A stretch of 64,000 bases of DNA, from positions 105,960,001 through 106,024,000 of the forward strand of contig NC_058368.1 in the NCBI RefSeq assembly GCF_018350175.1, given 5' to 3'. Under the pieces are notes generated by a model, which worked only from the letters and a program-made list of their open reading frames with translations, was not told the origin of the DNA and searched no databases. Made by a program: the position numbers and the translations under genes. Shown here piece after piece: positions 23,745 through 36,314 of this stretch. This stretch comes from Felis catus (taxonomy: Eukaryota). Positions within the stretch are counted from its first letter, which is position 1. Every line of letters starts with the position of its first letter.

Positions 23745-24620
23745 TTATACAGCTATTAGAGTGATTAAAATAAAAAACACTGACAACACCAAATGCTGGC
23801 AAGAATGTGAAGCTACAGAAAATCTCATTCATTGCTGGTGGGAATGCAAAATGGTACAAGCACTTTGGAGGACAGTTTGGCAGTTTCTTACAAAAGTGAA
23901 TATACTTTTACCATAGGATCCTGTAATCATGCTCTTTGGTATTTACCCAAATGAGTTGAAAACTCATATCCACACAAATACTTGCATGTGGATCTCTGTC
24001 ACAACTTTATTTATAATTGTCCAAAATTGGAAGCAACCAAGATATCCTTAAGTAGGTGATGTGATTAAATAAACTGTGATATTAATAAACAATGGAATAT
24101 TAGTACTGAAAAGAAATGAGTTACCAAGACACAAAGACACAGAGGAATCTTAAATACATATTACTAAGTAAAAGAAGCCAATCTGAAAGTCAACATACTG
24201 TATTAATCCAAACATATGACATTGTGGAAAAGGCATAATTATGGAGACAGTAAAAAGATTAGTAGTTGCTAGGCGTTAGGGACATGGGATAGGTGACTAG
24301 CTAGAACTGAGGATTTGGGGGGCAGTGAAAGTATTCTGTATGATTCTATAATGGTGGATAAATGTCACTATATATTTGGCAAAACCCATAGAACTACAAT
24401 ACTAAATGTCCATCCTAAGTTAAACCATGGAGTTTGGTTAATTTTGGTACCAGTATTGGTTCATCGATTGTAACAAATGTCCCCATTCTGGTGAGGATGT
24501 TGACAAGGGGAGAGGCTGTGCATGTGTTGGGGGAGGGCACATATAAGAATTCTCTGTTCTTTCCTCTCAACTTTGCTGTGAATCTCAAACTGCTCTAAAA
24601 TATAAAAGTATATTAAAAAG
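23745..24620 (+). mobile_element. L1 3' end (L1MC1/2-like)
   Basis: CATTGCTGGTGGGAATGCAAAATGGTAC (ORF2 C-terminal HCWWECK), 3' UTR ending TTTGCTGTGAATCTCAAACTGCTCTAAAA. Confidence 0.9.
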
Positions 24621-24984
24621 AAAATGCCTCCATTTTAATAAGTAGAAATGCCATCCTCCTTCTTGCTCAAAAATAGAAGAAAACAACAAACTCCAGAGTC
24701 TTCCTTGAAGTCTATTGTGTTCATATACTATATCGTATCTATTAGCAAATCCCATTAGCTCTATATTTGAAATATACTCAAAATCCACCTACTTCGAAAT
24801 TTGAAATTTACCTCAAAACCTCATGACTTCCACTGCTATCACCATAGTCCAAACCATCACAGTCTCTTGCATGGACCATTAAAATTGTTCTCTAAAAGAT
24901 CTTTCTGTTCTACCTTTGATCCACTCTTCCTCCAAAGCCATCAAAATGTTCCTTTCAGAGTAGATTACAATGGACAAAGAATTT

Positions 24985-25440
24985 GATAAATGTAGAGAAA
25001 ACATCTGACAAAAGCCAACCACTACTCATGATAAAGATTCTCAGCAAACAAGAAATAGAAGAAAACTTCCTTAACCTGAAAAAAAGAATTTACTAAAAGC
25101 CTACAGATAATGAAATGCTTTCCAAGACGGTGGACAATACAAGAATGTCCACTTTCACTACGTCTTTTCAGCATTATATAGGAGGTCATGCAATTAGGCA
25201 AGACAAAGAACTAAAGGTCATTCATGTTGAAAAGGAAGAAATAAAACTCTTTATTCACAAATTACATGATCTTATACATACAATATCCTAAGGAAACCAC
25301 TAAAAAACTGCTGGATGTAGTGAATGGATTCAGTAACTTTACAAGGTACAAGGAAAATACACAAAAAATCAATCATATTTTGATATACTGACAACAATCC
25401 TAAAAATAAGAAAACAATTCCATTTACAGTAGAATCAAAA
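24985..25440 (+). mobile_element. Old L1 ORF2 (RT region) fragment inside L2
   Basis: CTCATGATAAAGATTCTCAGCAAAC...ACAAGAATGTCCACTTTCAC...GCAATTAGGCAAGACAAAGAA. Confidence 0.8.
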
Positions 25441-25816
25441 TTGACTACATTATATTTCAGTTCAGAAACCCCTAGCAGTTTTTCTTCATAATTAGAATAA
25501 AATTCCCACAGGCTCATCATGCCTTATAAGGCTCAGCAAGTGATCTTAGTCCCTGTTACTTCTCTAACTTCCTCTCTTTCCATCATCCCTCTCATTCACT
25601 CTGCTTCAGTCCCATTAGAATCTTCTCTGTTTTTAAGTGTGGCAGGTGTGCTGCTTGGAACTCTTGCTTCTCAGATAGCTATGTGGTCTGCCTCTTCAGT
25701 TGTCTCTACTGCTACATCTTTGCTCAGATGTCAACATATTAAGGTCTCTCTCATCACCGCTTAAAATGATACTCCCACCTCTGTGCACCCTCATTGCTCT
25801 ATTATTCCTTATATTG

Positions 25817-25818
<2 letters not shown>

Positions 25819-25868
<50 letters not shown>
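25819..25868. repeat. (CA)n microsatellite
   Basis: About 25 perfect CA units. Confidence 0.98.
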
Positions 25869-25871
<3 letters not shown>

Positions 25872-25879
25872 CTGTTTAT

Positions 25880-26400
25880 TATTCATAACATTTCATTTTG
25901 AGAATTTTCAAGTTTATAGAAAAACTACAAGAATAGTCAGCCAATGCCTTCTATTATTCTCCTGGGTTTACCTACATCAATGTACATTTCCCAAGAACAA
26001 AATCATTCTTCTAAATAATCAAAACAAAACTATCACGGTCAAGAACAATTGCACTGATCCAATGCTATTGTCTAATCTTTAGTCCCTATTTAAATGACTC
26101 ACTTGTTCCAATAATGTTGTTTATAGCTGTTCTTTCTTCAATCCAGGATCCTAGAAGAATCATACATTACATTATTACATTTCTTTCATCATCTTCAATC
26201 TAGAACAGTTCCTCGGCTTCTTTTTGTCTTTCATGTTATGAGAAAATTTGAGATACCTTTTCATTTCACTGTGTTTAATTATGTTCTCATGGTTCGAGTC
26301 TGGTTCAGCATTTTTGGCAGGAGTATCACATAGGTAATGCTTCCATCAGGAGGATGGAATACTCCTTTTGTAATACTGCCTTTTGGTAGGTTTTCCTCAT
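25880..26400 (-). mobile_element. L1 3' UTR (L1MC4/5-like)
   Basis: AATTTTCAAGTTTATAGAAAAACTACAAGAATAGT...TTCCCAAGAACAA...TCCAGGATCC...TTCAATCTAGAACAGTTCCTC. Confidence 0.75.
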
Positions 26401-26722
26401 TTTCTTTCTTCTTTATCTTCTTTTTTGTCATTAGAATGTAAACTCTGTGAAAGTTGGAACTATGTCTCCTCTCTTCACTTTTTATCCTAGATCTCATAGG
26501 TGCTTGGTAAATATTTATTGAGGAAGTAACTGAGTCCACAGCCCAGCAGATCTGTCTCCCAACAATATAGAACAGCTCACTGCCCCAGCCTGCCGTCAGG
26601 CAGTACCAGGCAGCACAGACCTGGTACTGACCCTCCTGCCCAGATTGTGAGATACTGAGAGGTCCAGAATGGGGGAGGAGTGCCTCAGAATTTGGGATAT
26701 CAATTTAGAAAGACATTGTTGA

Positions 26723-26862
26723 AGAGGGTTACTGGAGGGGTGTGGGAGGGGGGATGGGGGCTAAATGGGTAAGGGGCACTAAGGAATCTACTCCTGAAAT
26801 AATGGTTGCACTATATGCTAACTAATTTGGATGTAAATTTAAGAAAATAAAATTAAAAAAAA
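26723..26862 (+). mobile_element. Young felid L1 3' end, 5'-truncated to about 140 bp
   Basis: GGGCTAAATGGGTAAGGGGCACTAAGGAATCTACTCCTGAAAT...GCACTATATGCTAACTAATTTGGATGTAAATTT plus poly-A; perfect 16-bp TSD AGAAAGACATTGTTGA. Confidence 0.9.
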
Positions 26863-28181
26863 AGAAAGACATTGTTGATCATGTGTCCAAACGTATGTAT
26901 AGTTATTTACTTATGCATTATATTCATTTGCTACTGTTCTAATCTGTTAGGTGTGTTATACATGTATACATATAAGTTTTCATAATGAGTTAAAAAGTAA
27001 ATATAAAGTTTTATTTTCTTCCTAGATCCCAGTGTCTTGTTTTCCCCATTCCCGGGTAGAACATAAAATTTCCTTTTGGAGGTCACTGTTTTTACCTGTT
27101 CTTGAGCTAAGATGTTTTAGTGATTTCAGTATCCACAAAGTCTCTTCACTGATCAGAATTTTGGAAGAGGTCTCAGAATTCTTAGCTGACTCTGGACAAT
27201 CTTATGTTACCTCATCTTATCAAATGCCAGCCATATCTTTTGAGGCTTTCCTACGAGACTCCTAAAAGTGCTCAAAACTGATAATATTTAACATAAAGAT
27301 GCTCTAAGTACCAATTTTTGACTTCTAAATGTTCAGCCAAGAAATTTCTTTAGTTTTTGGAAAATGGTAAATTCTCAGAGCCTAGTTCTTCCAGACCAGG
27401 CTTTACATGATGCAGTTCAGAATGTTACCAGGAATCTGAATCATCTAGCACGCCTTTGAAAATCAGTCCCATAATTATCAGAAGGGCTCCTTTAATTAAA
27501 TCCATGTTTCAGGATGCTTAATCCAAACTGAAACATTCCAGAAGTGTACTTACCGAAAATAATATATTGTGAGCGTTTAAACCCCGGGTGCTTTAAATCA
27601 GCTACACTATAGCAGGTCCTCCAGTATCAAGGTCTTTGTTCCTATTTAAAGTTTCATTTAAGGAGGAAAGCTTATCTAAGTGTAATATCAGTTTATGTCC
27701 TTGTTTCTTTACTAATTGTTTTTGCATAGGTGTGTCCATATATACCCTCCTTTTCTTATGAAATTACATGAGATATGTTTGTCTTCAGGGCTTCAGCAGT
27801 TTACATTTTCAGTACACTTTAAAGTTACTCTTTACTACAGTTCTGTAATTTAGGGCACATTTGCTAATGAACAATCAAATGACTTTTGAAGGCGCAAAGA
27901 ACAAGGCTTTCAGAAAGGTTGTGTCTTTCCTTGTGAAATACAAATTTTCGGGAAAGCAGCGTTTTGCTTTATCTTCTCAGCCATGTGCCTTTTAGTATTT
28001 TCAATGTGATTTATGGTGGTTGGATGTTCAATGAATTCATTGTGCTATTTATTTAAATTAAGGAGATAGCTCCTTAATATTTTCTACATAATATTCTTAG
28101 AATTTAAAAAAGGCAGCTTCACATTTTTGAGAGTTCAAAAGGCGTTGATACACTATTTCCTTCAAATGAGTGTACACTTCT

Positions 28182-28419
28182 TTTTTTTTTAAGTTTATTT
28201 TGAGGGAGAGAGAGAGGGAGAGAGAGAGAGAGAGAGAGTGAGAGAGAGCGAGCACAGGCGGGGGAGGGACAGAGAGAGAGGGAGAGAAATAATTCCAGTC
28301 AGGCTCTCCATGCTGTCAGTGCAGAGCCCGATATGGGGCTCGATCTCATGAACTGCTAGATCATGATCTGAGCAGAAATCAAGTCAGATGCGTAACTGAC
28401 TGAGCCACCCAGGCGCCCC
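28182..28419 (-). mobile_element. Can-SINE
   Basis: Full length; imperfect TSD AGTG(T/G)ACAC(T/C)TCT. Confidence 0.95.
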
Positions 28420-30038
28420 AAGTGGACACCTCTTAAAGAGAAGAAAGTTTCAGTCAGTATTATAAATTATGTTTGGCAAATGTTATTGGAGAACATTTAA
28501 GATATTTTAGCAATAATTCCTGCTCAGTCTTTTATTTGGGACACATTGTCATTTTCCTTCTGAGTCTGTGAGTGATTAAAGTTCTTTTGGCCCATCTCAT
28601 TAAACAGAAATGGTTGACCCTATAAACAAGACATTTTAAAAGACATATGTGTAGAGATTCGTGAGCAAGAAATTAAAAAGAGGCCATGAATTTAAAAGCA
28701 CACACACACACACATACACACACTCACATTCTTCATGTATAATCAGCAGCTGTAGTAGTTGGCATGTGCTCTGGGTGTGCAGCATTAAACTTAAACAGTT
28801 TTCTAAGCATCTCAGGTACCTTTTTATACCATTCAGTTGTATCCAGCTTTCCATTATTGTTGGCAGGACATCCTTTGGAATGTCTGCTCTATTCAGAGGA
28901 TGATCTGGTGCCAGTCTCTCAAAGAGAAAGAGACAAAAAAGGATCTGTAATTTAAATAAAAAATAGTGGAATAATAAAATTGGCAAGGAGGCAGATGTCC
29001 TTAAAACCTTCATGTCCTGAACAAAATTCAACTTCAGAAGGGCAGAACTTTCCCAAAACATTTAAAAGCTCTTGCTCTATGATAAAGATTCTGAGAGAGA
29101 GATACCTTCCCTTAGCCTCTGTCAGAAGTTACTTGGATTACTAAGTCAGTAAAACATCTCAGAGACATCTACGCAAGTACTTTTTAAATTAAAAAAACTG
29201 GCTTTGCTCAAAGTGAACTGAGACAGAACAGTCTTAGATATCATTTTCCATAGAAGCACCTGCTTTGGGTGCAACCACACATAGAAGGATTTTGGCACAA
29301 GAAGTTGTCTAACCTATTCAAGGGATGATATTTTGGATACTGTTCATGGCACCTTTTAAAGGCAATTTTTAGTGTTCTGTCTAGACTTATGTTCCGAGGT
29401 CAGCACACTGCCTTAGGATCCTGTTCGTTGGTTGAAATCAGAGGAGAGACAAGGAAATTCAAATTAAAGCCTCACTCTCTTTAGTAAGGCTGTGTCTCAG
29501 ACTACAGGGCTTTTTGGGAGAGCACCATTGAAAGAGGCCAAAAATGTCAAGATGAACCAAAACTAATTGTCTTTGTAACCAGGGTTACCCTTGCAGCCTT
29601 GTAAGACATTTTAAAAATCTTGAAAACAATATTGTATGCCAAGGCTCTCTTTGGTAATTGAAACATAGGAGGGTGACTCAGGTCATTTCATAAAATCATA
29701 TCACAGTTTTTCTATCTTGTTTGTGAAACATACATGTATGTACTCTTTTTCTGGCAATATTAAACATCCTTTCTGCCTGGCTACCTTGAGAATTACTAAT
29801 ATTGGGGACAACCTTGGAAAACACATGCCAGTCTATAGGATTCATGAAGCACTAGCGATAATTTATTGTACCTCCTGACGTGGTATCTTGTCACATGTGG
29901 TATCTGGTGACTAGAATCCCTCTCCCCATGAGAGCTGGGCTCTACCTGAACAGTACCCTTCCAGTGCAGTGATACTCCCTCTGATCACCTCCGCAATTAA
30001 AAAGTTTTAGCTTGAGATGAACTTTCAGTGAGATTCTT

Positions 30039-30224
30039 TTTTTAAAATTTTTTAATGTTTATTTATTTTTGAGAGAGAGAACTCAAGTGAGGGAGGGGCA
30101 GAGAGAGGGGGAAACACAGGATCCAAAGCAGGCTCCAGGCTCTGAGCTGTCAGCACAGAGACTGATGTGGGGCTCGAACCCACGAACCCTGAGATCATGA
30201 CCTACTGAGCCACCCAGGTATCCC
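30039..30224 (-). mobile_element. Can-SINE with ~25 bp internal deletion
   Basis: GATCATGACCT joined to ACTGAGCCACCCAGG; TSD TC(A/T)GTGAGATTCTT. Confidence 0.94.
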
Positions 30225-30389
30225 ATCTGTGAGATTCTTAATCCAAGTCAGATTTGAACATGAAAAGCAAAATGTAAATGGAAACTTTTCATGCCTTTAA
30301 GAACCATTCCATTGAAGTTGTTTCCCTGATATTTAAAGCAAACATCAATTATCTACATTATTTGCACTGGTCATATACTTTACTTTTTT

Positions 30390-30560
30390 TCATCTGATTT
30401 GATCTTTTCTCTAACCCCATTTTACATGTGAGTATACTTAAGCTAAGTAATAGCTAATTGCGAAGTAACTTGGCCAAGATCATCCAACCAAGTGCTGGGT
30501 CAAGACTTGAATCCAAATCTAACTGATTCCAAAAGTCATGTTTTCAGATCCTGGTGCTCT
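30390..30560 (-). mobile_element. MIR SINE
   Basis: CCCCATTTTACATGTGAG...AAGTAACTTGGCCAAGATCA...GACTTGAATCCAAATCT..CTGATTCCAAA. Confidence 0.75.
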
Positions 30561-31529
30561 TTACCATCAATATCCAAAAAGTTTATATTCCTCTAAATCA
30601 GATTCTTTTTTTTTTAACTCTAAAAGGGTGTGCAATATTATATGTGAATATAGATAATATGTCTTCTAGGAACATGGAGCATAACTTTTGTCATTTTCTC
30701 AAGCTTAAACTGTGACTTAAAAATGATTAAGAATCCTGAGAGAGAAGCTTTTTAACAATGAGCAAAGAGTGTCTCCATAAATGAAAAATCAGATACATCA
30801 TTAAGACCTTTTTAAGAATATATAATGTATATGCAGATTACACGTTGACATGTGAAAAAGAAAAATGCATTGTTACTATTATTCCTCTTTATAACAATAA
30901 CTACTTATAAATTGTTGCAAATATGGTATTCTTCACATTTTATATGTAGGTTATATGATGTTAAAAACCAGAAAGAAACTGTTGTGTTCCAAATTAGAAG
31001 TGACGGAAAATATGTAATTTATGTACGGAAAGTAACTTGGAAAACATATTTTCTTCAGGCTGCATACATTAGCATAAAGGGAAAATATGGCATTCTTGTA
31101 TGGAGAGGCGTAGCAGTACACTAAGAGGAAACTGATGGAACCAAATGAAGGTAACTGGTAAATTATAAATGTTTCTGTGATAAACCAGATGTGTTAAAAA
31201 TAGTAGTTAGTATTTCTTGTACAAAAAAAATTGGTAAAAGTAAAGTTAAATAGTGTCTTAAGATGTGTAGAAATGATCCTCATTAAAGTTTATGAAGAGT
31301 GATAAAATGATGTTTTTATGAATTATCCCAGTTTATACTGGCATTTTGTTACATTTCTTATTCCAGTCAACTTGTAACTCTAAGAAATATCCCTTTCTCA
31401 CTGAAATCATGAGCGCCTCTCTCTTCTGCACCTTCAAATTTTCCTTCCCCTTAGTAAGTCTTGAAGATATTGACCTCTTTTTCCTTCCTTTCATATCTAA
31501 TATGAGTCTATCTCCTTATTGCAATGCTC

Positions 31530-32100
31530 TTGGTAGGGTTATTGATAACCTCTTCAGTGCTACCTTCTATTGTTAATTTTCAGATCTCATCTTAAATAGT
31601 GGCTCAGAAGCATTCGACATCATATTAAATATGTTCTTCTTAAAAATTCTCTCTTGTTTCTGGAGCACCACATTTCCATGATTCTTCTTCAAGTTTCGTC
31701 TTTCTTGGTTTCATTTTAATCTCACTCATGGGCTGCTTTGGTTTTACCAACTTTTTAAAAAAATTATTTATTTTATTTTTAAGAGAGAGACAGAGTGCAA
31801 GCAGGGAAGGGGCAGAGAGAGAGGGAAACACAGAACCTGAAGAAAGCACCAGGCTCTGAGCTGTCAGCACAGAGCCTGATGTGGGGTTTGAACCCACAAA
31901 CTGTGAGATCTTGACCTGAACAGAAGCCAGATGCTTAACTGACTGAGCCACCCAGGTGCCCCATCTTTTGCCAACTTCTTAAATATTTTTTGTCTCCCTT
32001 CTTGAAAGGGTTCTGTTGCTAACTTTTGTCTTTTCCCGTTCCATATTCTCCTCTCCCACCCTCACATATCATTCCAAACTCTGGTTTCAACTACCACCTA
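31530..32100 (+). mobile_element. L2 ORF2 fragment (split by SINE)
   Basis: CTCAGAAGCATTCGACA...TTCTTCTTAAAAATTCTCTCTT...TGGTTTCAACTACCACCTA resemble the L2 RT region. Confidence 0.55.
31754..31962 (-). mobile_element. Can-SINE (SINEC_Fc)
   Basis: Full length; TSD TTTT(A/G)CCAACTT. Confidence 0.95.
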
Positions 32101-33208
32101 AATCACAAAAACATTTTTGTTGTCATAAAGAGGATCATTTCATAAAGATAAAGGGGGTAAATGCATCAAGAGGACATAAAAATTTTCAAAATTATGTACC
32201 TATTAAAAGAGTTTCAGGATATAAGGCAAAAATTGATGGAACTGTGAGCAGAAATAGACAAATGCACAGTTTAAGTCAGAAATTTCAACACTTTTTTCTC
32301 AGCAGTTGATAGAAGTAGACAGAACATTAGTAAGTATGTAGAAGACTTCAACCAACTTGACCTTGACACCGACATTTATAAAACAACTCACCCAGTAACA
32401 GCAGACCACACATTCTTTTCAAGTACACACTGAGCATTCACCAAGCTAGTCAATGTGCTGCATTGTAAAACAAATCTCGATAAATTTAGAAGGATTGGAA
32501 TTATAGAGAATGTTCCCTGACCAAAACAGAATTAAGTTAGAAATCAGTAACAAGGAAATTCTTGGAAAATCCTCACATATTTGGAAAATAAACAACACGC
32601 TTTTAAATCAACCATTGAGCAAAGAAGAAATCACAAGGGAAATTAAAAAGTATTTTGAACTCAATGAAAGTAAAAATACAACACATCAGAATTTATGGAC
32701 TTCAGTTAAAGCAACAGTTAGAAAAAATGTAGCTTTAAATGCTTATCTTAGCAAAGAAGAAAGATCTAAAGTCAGTGATCCAAATTTCTACTGTGCAAAA
32801 CACAAAAAAGGATGAAAATTTACGTCTAAAACCAGTGAAAGAGAAGAAATAATGATAAAAATCAATGGAGAAGCAAAAATAGAGAAAATAAATGAAACTC
32901 AGATCTGTTTTTTCAATAAAATCAATAAAATTGATAAATGGTTAGGTAGACTGAACAAGAAAGAGAGAGAAGACATAAATTACCAATATTAGATACAAAA
33001 AAGGAGACATCAGTATGTATCTTACATTAACAAAAATAATAATACAGCAATATCATAAACAACTCTATACAATCAATTTGACAACTTCAATGAAATGGAA
33101 AAAAATTCTTAAAATATACCAATTACAAAAACTAATGTAATAAGGAATAGGAAATCTAAACATCTCTATATTTATCTAAAAAATTGAATTCATCATGCAA
33201 AACTTTCC

Positions 33209-33210
<2 letters not shown>

Positions 33211-33242
<32 letters not shown>
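33211..33242. repeat. (CA)n microsatellite
   Basis: About 16 CA units. Confidence 0.97.
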
Positions 33243-33246
<4 letters not shown>

Positions 33247-33674
33247 CTAGGCAAGATGGCTTCACTGGTCACTTCTACCAAATGTTCAAAAAGAAATTGT
33301 ACCCATCTTAGTAACATTATTTGAGGAAATAGAAGACTGGGAGAATACTTTTCAAGTCATTTTATGAATTTAGTGTTATACTGTGTCCAAAACCAGATAT
33401 TAAAATAACAGAAAAGTTCAGATAAATATTTCTCCTGAATTTAGATACAAACTTAATAAAAGCAATGTATACTTAATAACATATAAAAAGGATTGTGCAT
33501 CACAGCCATGTGGAGCGCATTCCAGGAATCTAAGATTTCTTTAGCTTTTGAAAATCAATATAATTCACCATATTAAGAGTATTGAGAATAAAGTCATATG
33601 ACCCTGTCAATAAGCCCTACCTGGAAACTTATTTGACAAAGTTGAATTCCAGTTAATTTTTAAAAAATTCTCTT

Positions 33675-33908
33675 GGGGCGCCTGGGTGGCTCAGTCGGTT
33701 GAGCGTCCGACTTCGCTCAGGTCACCATCTCACGGTCCGTGAGTTTGAGCCCCGCATCAGGCTCTGTGCTGACAGCTCAGAGCCTGGAGCCTGCTTCAGA
33801 TTCTGTGTCTCCCTCTCTCTCTGGCCCTCCCCCCGTTCATGCTCTGTCTCTCTCTGTCTCAAAAATAAATAAATGTTAAAAAAAATTTAAAAAAAATAAA
33901 ATAAAAAT
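33675..33908 (+). mobile_element. Can-SINE (SINEC_Fc), low divergence
   Basis: Near-consensus; TSD AAAAAATTCTC. Confidence 0.97.
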
Positions 33909-34866
33909 AAAAAATTCTCAGCAAACTAAGAATAGAAAGGAACTTTTTCTCTGTGAGGAGATGATATGATAATAAGGTTGACAGTAGTAATCATTTCACT
34001 ATGTACGTGTATACTAAATCATAATGTTGTATATCTTAAATATATACAGTTAAAAATGTATATAACCCATAAATCTATACCAACGTAATAAGAAAATGTA
34101 TTTCATTTTAATTTTTAAAATTTGTGCTGGTAAACGTGGTTTTCTAATATTTACTGGCCAATTCCATTTCTTTTTGTTAAATATATTCTTGTATTCTTTG
34201 TCTTGTTTCTACTGAGTTATTAATCTTTGTCTTTCTGATTGATCAAAGCTCTTTGTATATTAAAAAGCATAGAGCATTTTCTATAAAAAGAAGAAAAGAA
34301 AGAAAAGAGAAAATTTCTCCACCTGAAAAAGGCACTGATGAAAAAAATTCAAACTAATAGCATACTTATTAGTAAAAACTAAATAAGTTCCCATAAGATC
34401 AGGAAATGGCAAGTAGGTTTGTTCTTAGGACTGCTACTCAATATTGTACTATTGCACTAGCCAATGTAATAAAGCAGAATAAAGAAATAAAAGGCATAAA
34501 GATTGGAAATTAGGATTATGTAAGTAACCCACATGAATCTATCCCCCACAAAAAAAGGAAAAAAAATAGCTATTATAACTATTCAGTGCCTTTAGCAGAG
34601 TTGTAGAACAGAAGATAAATTTGCAAAACATTCACATCTTCCTATGTAATGCCAGTAAACAAATTAAAAATGAAATTTTAAAAAATGTAATTTGAAAAAC
34701 ATTTAAAATATAACATATTTAGGAAAAAATATAGCATATGTGCAAACATGTACATTGGAAAATATGCCAAAAAAACCTTAAAGAAATTAGAGAATGCCTA
34801 AATAAATATGGCAATCTATCATGTTCATGAACTGGAAAACTTAATATTGTTAAAATATCAGTTTTT

Positions 34867-35086
34867 AAAATTTTATTTTTTTTCAACGTTTATTTATTTT
34901 TGGGACAGAGAGAGACAGAGCATGAACGGGGGAGGGGCAGAGAGAGAGGGAGACACAGAATCGGAAACAGGCTCCAGGCTCTGAGCCATCAGCCCAGAGC
35001 CTGACGCGGGGCTCGAACTCCCAGACTGCGAGATCGTGACCTGGCTGAAGTCGGACGCTTAACCGACTGCGCCACCCAGGCGCCCC
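34867..35086 (-). mobile_element. Young Can-SINE (SINEC_Fc)
   Basis: Near-consensus, CpG-rich; TSD T(A/G)AAATATCAGTTTTT. Confidence 0.98.
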
Positions 35087-35555
35087 TGAAATATCAGTTT
35101 TTAAAACAATTGATAAATAGATTTTATGCAAATATGACCAAAATCCCAGTAGGATTTTTTGGGTAGAAACTGGCAATCTGATTCTCATATTTATGTGGAA
35201 ATATAAAAGCACTAAAATAGGCAAAACGATTTTGAACACGAAGAACAAAGTTGGAGGAATTATATTAACTGATTTCAAGACTTACTATAAAATTGCAGTC
35301 ATCAAGAAAGAGTGCTTTTGTGTCTGGATAGTCATATAGATCAATGGAACAGAGGAGTAATTCCAAAAGAGATCTACCTATTTGTGGTTATTTTATTTTT
35401 GTAAGAGATTCCAACATAATTCAAAGGGGGGAGACAATGTCCTTTCAAGTAATGATGCTAGAACTGAATATCCATTTTGGAAAAATAATTAACTGTAAGC
35501 CTTAACCTCATACTATACTCAAAAATAATTCAAAATTGATCTATACCTGAAAGTA

Positions 35556-36314
35556 TATAGTGGTTTTAAACACATTTGCAAAGTTAACTTTCCCTCAAAA
35601 TACTGTCTTCTTGAATATAGATCACCTTTTAATATGACCAGCCTTACCAACTTACTCTGAGAGGAGAGAAGACTGCATGACTTGGGGTGCCTGGGTGACT
35701 AAGTCACTTGAGCCTCTGACTTCAGCTCAGGTCATGATCTCCTGATTTGTGAGTTTGAGCCCCATAGGGGCGCTGTGCCTGGAGCCTGCTTCAGATTCTG
35801 TCTCCCTGTCTCTCTCTGCCCCTGCTCCACTCATGCTCTGTCTCTCTCTGTCTCTCTCAAAAAGAAATAAACATTAAAAAAGAAGGAGGAGGAGGAGGTG
35901 GAGGGGGAGAAGGAAGGGAAGGAGGGGAAGGAGGGGAAGAGGAAGACCGCAAGACTTCTGAGTCTAGGTCATAATATGTGTGACGTCTTGTTTCTGGCTT
36001 TTTTGCTGAAGGTGTCTGAACCCAGCCACCATATTGCAAGGAAGCCCAGGCCACATAGAAGTAGGTATTCTGGCCAATAACCCCAGTAATGATCCCAGTT
36101 AAGAGACAGTATCCGCCACCAGATGGAGTGAATGAACCTCCCCTTGCTGTCATCCTTGCCTTCCAGCTGCCCCCACTGACTTTGAGTGAAGCAGACACAA
36201 GCATTCCTCACCAGACTTGGCTCAGATTGCAGATTCATGAGCCAAATGAATGTTGTTGTTTTAAGCCACTAAATTGTGGTATGTTTTGTCATGCAGCAAT
36301 ACATAACTAGAACA
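35556..36314 (+). mobile_element. MaLR solo LTR (MLT1G/F-like) inserted in L1
   Basis: CCCAGCCACCATATTGCAAGGAAGCCCAGGCCACAT...TTGCAGATTCATGAGC...GTTTTAAGCCACTAAAT...GCAGCAATACATAACTAGAACA; L1 resumes directly after it. Confidence 0.88.
35684..35943 (+). mobile_element. Can-SINE with (GGA)n-expanded tail, inside MLT1 LTR
   Basis: TSD AAGAC(T/C)GCA(T/A)GACTT encloses a purine-repeat tail. Confidence 0.94.

Larger units (their letters stand above)
24625..26535 (+). mobile_element. L2 element in three pieces (about 24625-24960, 25445-25818, 26410-26535)
   Basis: Collinear L2 3' motifs: TCCACTGCTATCACCATAGTCCAAACCATCA; CTTTGCTCAGATGTCA; TTAGAATGTAAACTCTGTGA...TAGGTGCTTGGTAAATATTTATTGA. Confidence 0.75.

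Noticed and set aside
25783..26082. His-Thr repeat ORFs (also 37940, 52720) and the poly-Q/poly-I ORF at 61970
   Set aside because: Translations of (CA)n and (TTA)n(TTG)n microsatellites.
32510..32815. 101-aa ORF as a host gene exon
   Set aside because: It is an L1 ORF2 fragment within a decayed L1. The same applies to 51717-52112, 54797-55132, 55338-55760 and 56217-56501.
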